Assembly: GCF_964188315.1 (NCBI RefSeq)
Contig: NC_135670.1
Location: forward strand, 992,001 to 1,056,000
Direction of reading: 5' to 3'
DNA: 64,000 nucleotides
From: Podarcis muralis
Taxonomy: Eukaryota
The position numbers and the translations under genes were made by a program. This document shows positions 36,272 through 48,560 of this stretch, one piece after another; the stretch's first letter is position 1; the number at the start of each line of letters is the position of its first letter. The notes under the pieces are model-generated. The model was not told the DNA's origin. It did not search any database and saw only the letters and a list, made by a program, of their open reading frames with translations.

Positions 36272-38219
36272 AATTGCGAGTGCCCCAGGCAAGCAAGCAG
36301 TCCAGCTGCAAACTGGTGCCCTGAAGGGAGCTTCCTTGATTTCCCAACACTCTTCCTCAATCACACCTGCACCATTTCCCCCAACTGTACATGTGTCACC
36401 AATGGAGACATGATTTTCAGGATTTTCAGGGATGTTTCCTGTGTACCAGTTAAAGGGAGAGAGGGAAGGATTCAGAAATCCTGTATTACATGGGCTAACA
36501 GCAGAAACTGACTTGCTACTGTATATAAAAAATATAGATCAATGCATATGGAAGTGGAGAATTTCCTTTTGTTATCTTAGAGTTGGAGAGCAATGTGAGA
36601 GACTCATGAAGGTGACAATGGAGGCTTAAATGCAGTGGTACAACTTGAAACATACAATGCATGTGGTTGTGGCATGTGGGAAGAGAAAGGGCAGTAAGGT
36701 CATGAAATTGACAAAGTGACTGACAGAGACAAGCTGAAGGTTAAGTTCCAATATTTACCTTTTTATAGGGTGGGGTAGATAATATATAAGATCCTTCTTG
36801 AGTTTTCACTGTTACCCCTCAGTGGGAGAATGGTCTCCCTGGGAAGGGCCTGGGTTTTGCCCCTTTGGGGGCTGTCACAATGAACTCCTGAACTTCAGAA
36901 TTCACCACTGCACCACTGGTCAAGAGAATAAGAAAGAGTCTGTATGGTGTTTGGGTGAGATATAATAATTTTTTTAGAAAGAAAAACGTTGTTATGGCTA
37001 TCCCACACCAAAGCAAATGCCCTAAAGAAAATTAATATGGAAAGGAAATGGGGCACTTATAGAGATATATTGACTTTTGCTGGTGCTGGTTTTAAACTTA
37101 AAAAATTAGAAGACATCGAGGACCGAGTACAAGACTGTGAGTAGGCCCAGTGAGACCCAACAGGACCTGTTGCTGCCGCAGAAAGATCCAATGGGGCCTG
37201 CCGCTGGTAGTCCTGCCAAGGCCCGGCCCCTCAAGATGGCAGGGGTCTCAGTCCCATCCCAATATATTTGGGGTAGGGGCTGAGGTGTCCTAAGACTCAT
37301 AGAGTTGACCCCTATGCTTCTGTGATATTAAGGGTTGTGTGTGCTATATATAAATCAGCAGGTGAAGTTTTTCATGAACATTGTCACCTGCAATACTTGA
37401 AGGTCAAGATACAGCTAAAAGAAGAGAACATGGGGCACAGAAGAAGAAAAAGATGGTAATCCTACTAGGTGATGGTGTGTAAATCTGTGCCTCATCCCAA
37501 AGAGCTTTCTTGCAAGGAACACAGATGTTCAGCGATGGTGACCTAGATAAACTGCAGTTGTGTACTCAAGACCACATAGCACAGAGTGTTAACTTCTTAA
37601 AACCACCTTGCAATCATGGTGTCAAAAGGGTGTGATTGTGCAACTAGGTTGATCTAGGAGGAGGTCCTTCAAAAATCCCTGTCCTATGCTGCTTAGAACA
37701 TTATATATCATTGCCCAGGCAGGCCCATTATGTTGCCTGTGAAAGCAGCAAAATAACCAGACTGTACAATAGTGATGGGATAAAATCAGGACAAATCTTT
37801 GTTGGCAGCAGCAGGCAGGGCAAGGGTTGGCATGGCACTGGGTCCCAGGATCAGTTCATCATTCCACAAGCCCCGTGTTGATGGAATGGATCTGCTGGGT
37901 TTGGATCACTCCAAACGGGAGTCGGCCAGTGTTGAACCTTGCCGTGGTGCAGGCCAAGCAAGGAAGGTCTCACCTGGGCACCAGGGTGCAGGTTCCAGCC
38001 AGGCAGATACTGAAACCACGCTTGGCTTTGCCGTGGTTAATCCACCCCTCAGGACCCTTACAGGGGACCCCCTACACTATGTTGATGCTGACCAATGCCA
38101 TTTCCACCCTCGTACAAACAATGTTTTTCCGCCTAACGAAGGAAAGGCATAATTTCACTGAGGGAAAGCAAAAGGGGGGGGGGGGAGCCAATCACGTTTG
38201 GAGAAAAGAAAATCCCCAG

Positions 38220-38630
38220 TACATTTCCGAGCACAATTCAAAGTGTTGGTGCTGACCTTGAAAGCCCTAAATGGCCTTGGTCCAGCATATCTGAAGGAGC
38301 ATCTCCACCCCCATTGTTCAGCCCAGACACTGAGGTCCAGCTCCGAGGGTCTTCTGACGGTTCCCTCCCTGCGAGAAGTGAGGCTACAGGGAACCAGGCA
38401 GAGGGCCTTCTCAGTAGTGGCACCCGTCCTGTGGAACACCCTCCCACCAGATGTCAAAGAGAAAAATAACTACCAAACTTTTAGAAGACTTCTGAGGGCA
38501 GCCCTGTTTAGGGAAGCTTTTAATGTTTAATAGGTTATTGTATTTTAGTATTTTGTTGGAAGCCGCCCAGAGTGGCTGGGGAAACCCAGCCAGATGGGCG
38601 GGGTATAAATAATAAATTGTTGTTGTTGTT
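38220..38630 (+). mobile_element. 5'-truncated L2 3' end
   Basis: FRAQFKVLVLTLKALNGLGPAYLKE; same 3' UTR as the 13.5 kb L2. Confidence 0.85.
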
Positions 38631-40130
38631 ATTCTGGCCCTGTCAACCAACGACCCAAAATTGCCCAGTGAAGGCTCTAACCTGAGGGTGGGCAGGAGGG
38701 AAGCTCTGAAAGCTCCAGGGGAAACAGCCTTATATAGCTCTGCCCTCCCCTCTGCAGCAAGGGCTTATGGGGCAGCTTTTTCCCCATTAGCCCACCACAC
38801 AGAGAAGATACTGGGCAAAACTTTGCCCAGTATTTTGCTGCACTCTCTGGGCCACAGAGCTGCTGGGCACGGAGCGGGGCTTATGGATACTTTGAATTGT
38901 GCGTGCAAATGTCCTGGCAGCCACTAAAATAGTTTGAATGGCAGTTCCACATTCCTCAGATCACTGGCGCTGGGCAACAGTCTGGCCGCAGCATCCCAGC
39001 CTAGAAGAAGTTTCCCAACACTTTTCAGAGACAGATCCACGTTCATGGATGAGTCCAAACCTAGTGTTCAAATTATAAGACTTTCATTGTGATGGGATTC
39101 ACAGAGGATATTTGCCTTGCTGAGTGAGAGACAGTTTGTGTGTGTTGATCAGCTCTGCCTGAGTGTTTCTGGTCCCAGCTAGATATTTGCTTGTTGATAT
39201 GATTAAACTAAAGTGTGGCAGACAGCAGATGAGAGAAAAGAGCAGGTTTCTCTCTTTCTTCCTGATTGTCAGCTGCTTGCCGAAGTTTGCTTCATGATTA
39301 GAATCCTGGCTGACAAGTTTAATTGGGCTTTCTGCTGTGAAAATTACAGCTAATTGCAGAGCCTTGTCTTGGTTTGCTGCCCATTTGGGACTTGGCACAA
39401 GGTGGAAAAAGCACCGCGTCCAGGTAAACACAGGTCACAGTTAATACCACGTAAAAGTCAAAGCCCTGTTTACAATGCAGGACAGAAAACTGTATAGCAA
39501 ATGCTATTTTAAGGTTAGTTGTAATACTGAATAATCAAGAATAATGATGATCTGTGGAAATTGCACCTGTATGTAGCATATGCAATGGCTGTAAGAGCTC
39601 TCCATCAATTATCTCTAATTGCAGGGTCTTGACACAGCGCTTGCCGTTGGGAGATGCCCCTGGAGAGTTCGCTCCAAATGACAAGAACAGCATTCAGTTA
39701 TACAGGTTTACACTAGATCACATACCAAGGCAGAACTGAACTTTAGAGGGCTGATTTAACACAGATCAGAAAGTTTTATGAAAGATTGCCAACGTAGTTC
39801 AATGTCTCTTGCAATCCAGCTAGGCCACTCCTATTTATGTGCCCAAGTCCAAAGTCATGTGCCATGAAATGTTTAATTCTGTCCCTTTAATGCATCAGGC
39901 CAAGGGTGAACACAGCCCCAGGGTCCGAACAGGACTCTCTCTGGTCCCAGGCCACATACCCCATGGGCCCTCAGAGTTGCACTCAGAGTAAACCCAGTCA
40001 AATAAATGAGCATGATTATGTTGAGTGCATTAATTTCAGTGGGGCTAAGCAGACCTACTAGCATTAGATACCTGCATCAGATAGCATTAGATACCTGCAT
40101 CAGATAGCATTAGACAGCATTAGATATATA

Positions 40131-41002
40131 CTGTATTTTTCGCCCTATAGGACGCACCGGCCCATAGGATGCACCTATTTTTCAGGGGGGGGGGGAAATC
40201 AAGGGAAAAAAATATGATTTCCCCCCCGCAGCTCTGGGAGCAGTGGACAGGCTGCACGCAGCCTGTGCGCTACTCCAAGACCTTCTCCCTGCTTTTGCGG
40301 GAGGTGGCGGAATTCCCCCACCTCCCGCAAAAGCCCGCAGGAGCCCCGCGTGACTCCTGCAAGCTTTTCGACCAGGAGGGAGAAGGGACTGAAACGGCCA
40401 GTCAGTCCCTTCTCCCTCCTCGGGGAAAAGCCCCCAAGAGCCGCTCGCTCTTTAAAGGGTGCACGGCTCCTGCGGGTTTTTCTAGGAGGTGGGGGAATCC
40501 CCCCCCCTCGTAGAAAAGCCAGCAGAAGCCGCGGAGCCCCTTTAAAGAGCGCATGGCTTTTGCGGGAGGTGGGGGAATTCCCCCATCTCCCGCAAAAGCC
40601 CAAAGGAGGGTTGGAGAGTAGCGGGAAGGCGCCTTCCCGCTGCCCCCCATCCTCTGGGGCTGGCAATGGGGGAAGCTGCTTTCCCCCACCGCTGCTTTCC
40701 CCCACCGCCAGCCTTGAAGCCGGGTTGGAGAGTAGCGGGAAGGTGTCGTGCGCCTTCCCGCTGCCCCCCATCCTCTGGGGCTGGCGATGGGGGAAGCGTT
40801 GCTTTCTCCCACCGCCAGCCTCAAAGAGCAGACTCTCCTGGCTTCAGCGGAAGCAACGCGAAGCCTCCGGAGCGCAGGCTTCGGAGGCTTCGTATTGCTA
40901 TCGCTGAAGCCAAGGAGTCTGCATTTGCCCCATATGACGCACACACATTTCCCCTTCATTTTTGGAGGGGAAAATGTGCGTCTTATAGGGCGAAAAATAC
41001 GG
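40131..41002. mobile_element. Tc2-like mariner MITE, 872 bp, with internal GC-rich palindromic repeats
   Basis: TA|CTGTATTTTTCGCCCTATAGGACGC ... GCGTCTTATAGGGCGAAAAATACGG|TA. Confidence 0.9.
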
Positions 41003-41254
41003 TACTTGAGTTCTGATCATACCTCTTCCTTGTCTGGATGGACAACAGAGAGGAGTGCTTGTAGGAACTGGCCTACTTTACAAAGGTAAAAGTCACATCC
41101 ACTGTTCCACTCACTTATCCCTCTGGCTTGTCTACCATTGGAGGGTTGTGTGATGAGCCCTGCAGAACGGACACTCTGGGACACTCTGAACCACCACCAC
41201 GCCACTGACCCCCCCACTCCGAACCACCATCACCCCTCCACTGTCTTTACTTTT

Positions 41255-41795
41255 GCCCATGGCATGACAATTTTCCACCTTCCCATTTCAACTCTCTGGC
41301 ATTATCTAGCAATTCTAAAATATAGATGCGCTTTTACTCTCGCAAGTTTGAATGTCATGCCCTCGGCTGGACTTGAGGGACAATTCCAACAGATTCCACA
41401 TGAAAAACGCTTATGTCCCTGTGGAGATGGCAGTACCAAATCGGTGGCGCATGTCCTTCTGGCTTGCACTCTGTATAAAGACTTGAGGAATGAGGTTATC
41501 CCCCCTCTTTTATTGCCCATTCTGGGCCACCCAGCCATTACCACAGTGTCCTTTCTCTTGGCAGATCAAGATGAGCAGGTGACAGCAAAGGCTGCAAGGT
41601 TTTTAGCTGGGGCAATCAGAATAAGATCCACTATTTGACTATTGATTCAAAACCCTAAACTGTATTTTACATAATTGACTTTTTATTTCTATTCTTTGCA
41701 CATCATATTGTTGTTTTACTGCTATGGCCGATGGCTGATGCAAATAAAGATTGATTGATTGATTGATTGATTGATTCATTCATTGATTCATTCAT
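41255..41795 (+). mobile_element. Non-LTR retrotransposon 3' end (CCHC-type C-terminus, RTEX-like; clade uncertain)
   Basis: RLCPCG...SVAHVLLAC motif, stop codon, AATAAA, (ATTG)n tail. Confidence 0.65.
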
Positions 41796-42191
41796 TTATT
41801 CAACTTTGCTTGCTGGGCTTTCTCCCCACCTCCTCCTGGCATAAGAAGCCAGGGCGGTTTGTGTCAATCAGTGATGTCCTGTTCAAATCAGGACAATTGG
41901 TGTGTGTGACAGGATTCAGCTTGGATGGGCAGGCTTAGTTGGAACAGGAGGAGCGAACTGTAGGAAGTTAGGTTGGAGGTGGTGGGGGAGCTCTCCTTCC
42001 CACCCCAACATCAGCTGACTTGCAGGGAGTTTCATTGTACTTGGTTACGTCATGCCCCCTGTTTCTTCTGAGAACTGGCTGCCATGGCCAAACACTGCAG
42101 AAAATAAGATTAAACTCTGCATGCATTACCTGATGGGGGAGGTTGCAACCCTGCTTGGTTTTGGGGTGCCAGTGAGTCCCTCCTGGGAAAG

Positions 42192-43003
42192 CGTGTTCTC
42201 ATTAATAGAGAGCACGTGTTGCGGTTGGGGCCAGGCAAGACACCCCGCTGTTGCCAGGCAGTTTATTTAAATGGGCCTGGCAAGGACTGGTTGCCCGAGT
42301 TGCTGGGGTAAAATTGATGTTGCCAGTTTGGGGGTGGGAACTGAGATTATTTAAGCTGTGCACACAGTGATCTGCTTTCTCTTTCGCTGTGGGCACCAGA
42401 TCACCTGCCCGCCCTCCCTTGTTTGGGCTTGTGCTTTGACATTGCTATGCCTGTCATGGGGTCGTCTGCCATTGGGGCAGGGGCCTGGTAGGAATTTTGT
42501 CCATCTGGCTGATTGGCTGGTGCCATTTGGTTTTTGCCTACTGCGTAGCAAATCGTCACAACTTGTAAGGTTGGCGGTTAGGCATTGGTTAAAATTGGTT
42601 GGTGGAGGGGTAAGGATTGGCTGGGCCTGCCCCTCCAATGCTGCTGTTGCAAGGGAATTCCGTTAAAGGAATTCAGGGGCTTACCATCCCTTTGTCCAAA
42701 CCCTTTGTCGGGTTTGGGTCGTGTAAGCCCCTGGGAGCATGTGGGGAGAAGCTGAGGGCCTGTGTCGCAGCTCCAGTTCTCCCCAATATTGTTTCCCCTC
42801 ACTGACTTTCGCTGGAATCCAGGAGTCAGTTCTGTCCCCAAGGTGGGGGGACAGATAGTCATAACCAATGCCTAAGCAACTACTCACATCTATGTATGCT
42901 AATAAAGTTGTGGCCAAAATTATGCCAAAAACCTCAAACAAAAATTCTGTGTGATGTGTGAGTTATTGGGGTCAGGGTGTTTTGGTGGACCTCAGCACGC
43001 AAC
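42192..43003 (+). mobile_element. Unclassified LTR-like element with terminal hairpin, copy 3
   Basis: Hairpin CGTGTTCTC-ATTAATA-GAGAGCACG followed by TGTTGCGG ... CACGCAAC; AATAAAGTTGTGGCC at 42901. Confidence 0.72.
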
Positions 43004-43019
43004 TGGCTGCAGAAAGCAT

Positions 43020-43053
<34 letters not shown>

Positions 43054-44047
43054 CAGCTGATGTGCAAGGCATTGAATCTGTTTGGTTCAGATGTGCCAGT
43101 GAGTTCCCAGGGAGAATGAGATGATGCACCCAAACCGTACAGAAAAGAGGAATGAAGGGCACACCAGCGGATGGTGGGAGAGTGTTTTTGTTTGTTTGTT
43201 TGTTTGTTTGTTTGTTTGTTTGTTATTTTATTTACATACTGACTTTTATCCAAATATCCCACGGCAGTGTACAACATTAAGAACACATTTTATGGAGCAT
43301 CAGTAATAAAAACATAATAAAAAGAGTAACAACAGACAGTATAATAATACAATAATAACAGCCCCCCTCTGCACAGCTTTAACAATAAATAGATCATTTA
43401 ATGGGCAAAGGCCTGGACAAAGAGGAATATTTTTGCCAGGTGCCTAAAGACATGCAATGATGGTGCCAAATTAAGTTGACCCCATCTCATGTTGGCCTTG
43501 TACTCACATAAACAATGAGACATGGCTTAATTTTGGAGGATTTAATTGAACAAACAATTTTATTGTATAAAATTAAAACATCTGTTATGTGAACTAATTC
43601 CTAATAGTGCCTCATCCTATAGGAGCATCATACCTATGCCTCAAATTTTGAGCAAGCTGAGGGGCAAAAACAAAATTAACTAGATTGACTTTGCCAAGAG
43701 AATTATAATAATCTCTTCCCAGCACAGAGGTTTTGAGACACTGAGTGGTTGAATGGGTCAGATTATGGGAACTATTCAGAGGTGCTTTTGTTTTATTTTT
43801 ATTTTTAAAATGAGGGTATGGATTCTGTCCATCTTAAATGCCTTCCCCCCATCTTGTGTTACTGTAGGTAAATGTATTTATGTTCTCATCCTGGAAAATT
43901 AGGTCCTCTTCTTTTTCACTAAGCTGAATGCAAGTTGACGGAGATGTATGAAGACCCACATTATCACAAATTATCAACTGAATAAACCAACCTCTTTCCA
44001 AGTGTTTGCTTTTGACTGACAAAGCTGAGCAGACATGTCTGCCCACT

Positions 44048-46567
44048 AATTGTTTTGGGCCCCACTCATCAAGCAGGCCACACGCTGGATCTGATCTTTG
44101 GGGCTGGCATAGATGTGATCATGCTCCCCCCTCTGGAAGTGCCATGGTCTGATCACTACGCTCTGAAAGCCAAGATTGACTTCCCGCTCCTCCCCTGCTC
44201 GGGTGACGAACCTATTTGGGCTCGTCTGCGAAAACAGATGGATCCTGATAGATTCCGACAAGCCTTGCGGGACCCTGTTCCTCCTGGCGACTCATTAGAT
44301 GAACTTGTTGAGGACTGGAATAACCGGCTCTTGGCGGCCATTGATGAGATCGCGCCTAAGCGCCCTCTGTGACCCCGTCGAAACCAGGCCCCTTGGTTTA
44401 CTGAGGAGCTCCGGAAAATGAAGCGGGATCTCGGACGGCTAGTGTGAGTATGGCGACGGACTCATGACGGAGCCTCAAGAACATCTTATAGGACACTTAT
44501 GAAAGCCTATGAGATGGCTATGAAAGCTGCTAAGAAATCTTACTTTGCAGCTTCCATTGCATCCGCTAGCTCTCGCCCGGCACAACTTTTTAGAATAATT
44601 AGGTCAATAACGTCCTTAGGAGGACAACCAAATTTAAGCACAAATTTGACCCACAGCTGTGAGGCATTCGCAAGCTTTTTGGCGGAGAAAGTCCTGTTGC
44701 TCTGCCATGACCTCCCTGCCAATTTAGATACAGTGACTGAACTAGAGGCCCCTCGACTGACTTCAGGTCCAGTGTTGGTCCATTTCGATTGGATACTCCC
44801 TGCTGATGTGGATAGATTCCTCCAAGCTGGTAGGCCCACCACCTGCCTCCTTGATCCGTGCCCATCTTGGCTGATTAGGGAGTGTCCAGATGTTGCACGG
44901 AACCCCCTGGTTGAAATTATCAATTTGTCCCTTGACACGGGGACATTCCCAGGGGAACTGAAGGAAGCGGTAATGTGTCCACTCTCAAAGAAAACTTCAC
45001 TAGATCCCTTAGACCTATCCAATTACCGCCCAGTTTCAAATCTTCCATATCTGGGTAAGGTAATTGAGAGAGCGGTTGCTGAACAGCTTGGTAGGTTTTC
45101 TGGAGGAAACATCGGCTTTAGATCCATTTCAGTTCGGTTTCCGTCCTGGTTTTGGGACCGAGACGGCTCTGGTTGCCCTAACAGATGATCTCCGTAGACA
45201 ACTGGATCGAGGCGGGTCAGGACTGCTGATTCTCTAAGATTTGTCAGCAGCCTTTGACATGGTCGATCATGATCTTCTGGACCATCGCCTCGCAGACGTG
45301 GGGATACAGGGCATAACCCCTAACTGGCTGTGCTCTTTTATCTCTGGTCGGGGACAGAGGGTGGCACTAGGGAGGGAAATGTCGTTGCGCCATTCCTTGG
45401 TGTGTGGAGTGCCGCAGGGCACAATTCTCTCCCCGATGCTTTTTAACATCTTTATGCGCCCCCTTGCCCAGATTATCCAGAGCTTTGGGCTGGGCTGTCA
45501 CCAATATGCTGATGACACTCAGCTCTATCTGCTGATGGATGGCCACACCGGCTCGGCCCCGAACACACTGACCAGATGCTTGGAAGCTGTGGCTGGATGG
45601 TTTCGTGGGAGCCGATTGAAACTAAATCCTTCAAAGACAGAGGTCCTATGGCTGGGTCGGGATGGCATGGGGATGAGGGACCAACTCCCTTCTCTTGCGG
45701 GGGCTCAATTAGTGCCATTGCCTTCCGTTAAGAGTTTGGGTGTAATCCTTGACGCCGCCCTTTCCATGGAGGCGCAGGTTACAGCAACAGCCAAGGCGAC
45801 ATTTTTCCACCTTCGCCGCATCAAGCAGTTGGTCCCTTACCTTTCCCGCCCCGACCTGGCCACAGTGATCCATGCGACGGTCATCTCCAGGCTTGACTAC
45901 TGTAATTTGCTCTACGCGGGGCTGCCCTTGAAGCTGTCCCAGAAACTCCAGCGGGTGCAGAATGCTGCAGTGAGGCTCCTCACGGGGTCTTTGCCATGGG
46001 AGCATATTCACCGAGTGCTTTTCAAGCTGCACTGGCTCCCGGTGGAGTACAGGGTCAGATTGAAGGTGCTGCTTTTGACCTTTAAAGCCCTTCATGGCCT
46101 AGGACCCTCATACCTACGGGACTGCCTCTCCTGGTATGCCCCACGGAGAGCCTCAAGGTCCATAAATAACAACACCCTAGTGGTCCCGAGCCCTAAGGAA
46201 GTTAGATTGGCTTCAACCAGAGCCAGGGCCTTTTCAACTCTGGCTCCGGCTTGGTGGAATGCTCTGCCTCATGAGACCAGGGCCCTGCAGGATCTGATTT
46301 CTTTCCGCAGGGCCTGCAAGACAGAGTTGTTCCGCCTGGCCTTTGGCTTGGAGCCAATTTGATTCCCTCCCTCCCTCCCTCCCTCTCTTTCTTTTTTATT
46401 TTCCTTCTCCTACAATGAGGCTACATTTTAATATTTTAATGTTTCAATATTTTAATGTTGTATTTTAATTTTGTTTTTAAGTTGTAATCATTCAACTTGT
46501 TTTTATTATTGCTTGTAAGCCGCTCTGAGCCCGGCCTTGGCTGGGGAGGGCGGGGTATAAATAAAAC

Positions 46568-46608
<41 letters not shown>
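44048..46608 (+). mobile_element. 5'-truncated L2 LINE (second subfamily)
   Basis: RT ORFs 44499-45188 and 45241-46362 (YADDTQLY, LHWLP); (TTA)n tail; empty site at ~60480 in the paralog. Confidence 0.9.
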
Positions 46609-46610
<2 letters not shown>

Positions 46611-47007
46611 ATGAAATATCACTCAACTCCAGAGCTGGATCACGCTTAGAGGCTGAACTTGTCTCTCCAACTCTTACATCACAGAATGCATGCCAAATTT
46701 CTGCCTTCAGTAAACAGATGTCAAATGAAATAAAGACATGTAATGATGGTCCCAGGCGAGCCGCTCTGGGAAGAGTATTCCGCAGAAGAGGAGCCACCAC
46801 AGCAAAGGCCCATTCTTAAAAAGCTAAGAGAGCCATTGGCAACTGGACTGAATTACAGGGGCCCCAAATATGTATTTTCGGTGACCTCAGAAAATCAGCC
46901 TCTTCCTTGTTCCCAGACATGTACACAGATGACAAATTCTGACTGTAAGCTACTTGGGCTAGGCTCTGTTCCTAATTGCTAGGTTTGGACGCTGCAGAAT
47001 GATAGTA

Positions 47008-47264
47008 CAGTGGTACTTTGGTTTAAGAACAGCTTAGTTTATGAACAACTTGTATTAAGAACGCTGCAAACCCAAAAGTAGGTGTTTTGTTTGTTCACTT
47101 TGCCTTGGAAGCAGAACGTGTTCTGCTTCCTGTTGTGTGTGTTCCATTTGTAAATTGAGTCTCCCGCTGTATGGGAAAGCAAGCCTTGGTTTAAGAATGC
47201 TTTGGTTCAAGAACGGACTTCTATAATGGATTAAGTTTGTAAACAACTTTCGGGAGTACCACTG
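47008..47264. mobile_element. Tigger/mariner-type MITE
   Basis: TA|CAGTGGTAC ... GTACCACTG|TA; empty site at ~61755. Confidence 0.88.
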
Positions 47265-48303
47265 TACTGCATAAAAAAAAAAGCTCAACAACTTTCGGGA
47301 TGTCCTGGTCTTTACTTTTAGAAATATGGCACCCCTAATATCAATTTGTTATTGATAGCAACATGGGGGCAAACAATACTGGGAAGGGATGTGATGACAG
47401 AGATGAACCCATCTTCAGGGTGGGGGACAGGATGGGACGGGACTGAATCTCACACTCAGATTTGACTCTACGTTTAAACCCAGACCTTCATTTTCTCCCA
47501 ACAAAGAATGATCTCTGGGAAAATTCAGCTCTTGCTCAGGACTAAGCAATGCTGCCTACTTATTATCTCTCAAGGAAGACAATAATAGTCATACAATTCA
47601 GGGGGGAGAGGCTTTAGCAATTTGGTCAGGCATGATGAAACTGCGAATACGAAGAACACACTGAGGAATTATTTCCATCATTGTCAAAATTGCTGGCTTC
47701 CATCCTCTTACATAGTAGATATACACATTCTGTTTGGATTAAAATAACAACAGCATCTTTAAAAAGGCATAACAACTTGCTATTGTTCAGAGCTATATCT
47801 AGGCACAGCCAGGGTTCTGCCAGTCTTTTGTGTCATCATTCTTCTTTTACATGTTTGGATATGATTCCATCCGCTCATCAATTTCAAGGAATATTCTTTT
47901 TGTGAAATGTGAACTTCCTTGACTAGGCATGGTTTAGCACATGATTTAGCACATAGTTTAGCATATTGTTTAACTGAAACACTGCCTCACCACAATGTAC
48001 CTTATGTTCTCTTGGGTTACTGTCATGGGTATAATTATTTTCTTTGCAAACCGAGGAACAGTGAAATTATATAACTAAATAGCTGCAGTTGGTTGTTTTA
48101 AAAAGAAGTAATAATAGCTACAATGTTATTATTTGTATCCCAGCAACCTCCTGTCATTCCTGGGAATAATGTGTGAAGAAAAAGAAAATATGTTGGCTAA
48201 CTAAAAGACCAAAGCACTGGTGCATAGACTACCTAACAGCCCACTATTCAAAGGATACTTTAGCCAAACTGATAAAATCCACATATAAGGCTGTAGTGGA
48301 AAC

Positions 48304-48560
48304 ATGGGAATCTACATTGGGAGTGGAAGATTTCTCAGCAGGATCCTGCTGGTGTTGTTTCTGCTCTTACTTCTGCTTCACACCATATGTAAGGCACATT
48401 CTATTAACTGCAGCATTTATGATGATCCTCTTCCTATTGCTCATGAATTTTACCAGCCAGGAGACCTTGTAATTGGAGAGATGGTTTCGCAAGTCATATA
48501 CTTGTCTAATATCCAGTCTTTCAGGGAACAGCCTTCACAGATACTGATTGATGAACCTGT
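48304..48560 (+). CDS. V2R E exon 1
   Basis: MGIYIG...[23 protein letters not shown]; donor GT|GTAAG. Confidence 0.92.

Larger units (their letters stand above)
29415..36422. repeat. Segmental duplication copy 2 (gene D block)
   Basis: Colinear with 4997-13176. Confidence 0.9.

Noticed and set aside
29415-36422. B/D or E/F as falsely duplicated haplotypes
   Set aside because: They differ by several TE insertions, intron indels and ~24% of exon 2 residues, too much for alleles.
36800-39500. Several GC-richer patches that may be old repeats
   Set aside because: No termini, TSDs or protein motifs that I could assign from sequence alone.
40169-41089. Cluster of 110-190-aa ORFs on both strands
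   Set aside because: GC-rich repetitive MITE interior with few stop codons; no transposase motifs.
43834-44046. Minus-strand 63-70-aa ORF also open in the paralog at 60288-60479
   Set aside because: Shared because of the segmental duplication; many replacement changes, no recognisable domain and no convincing splice context.
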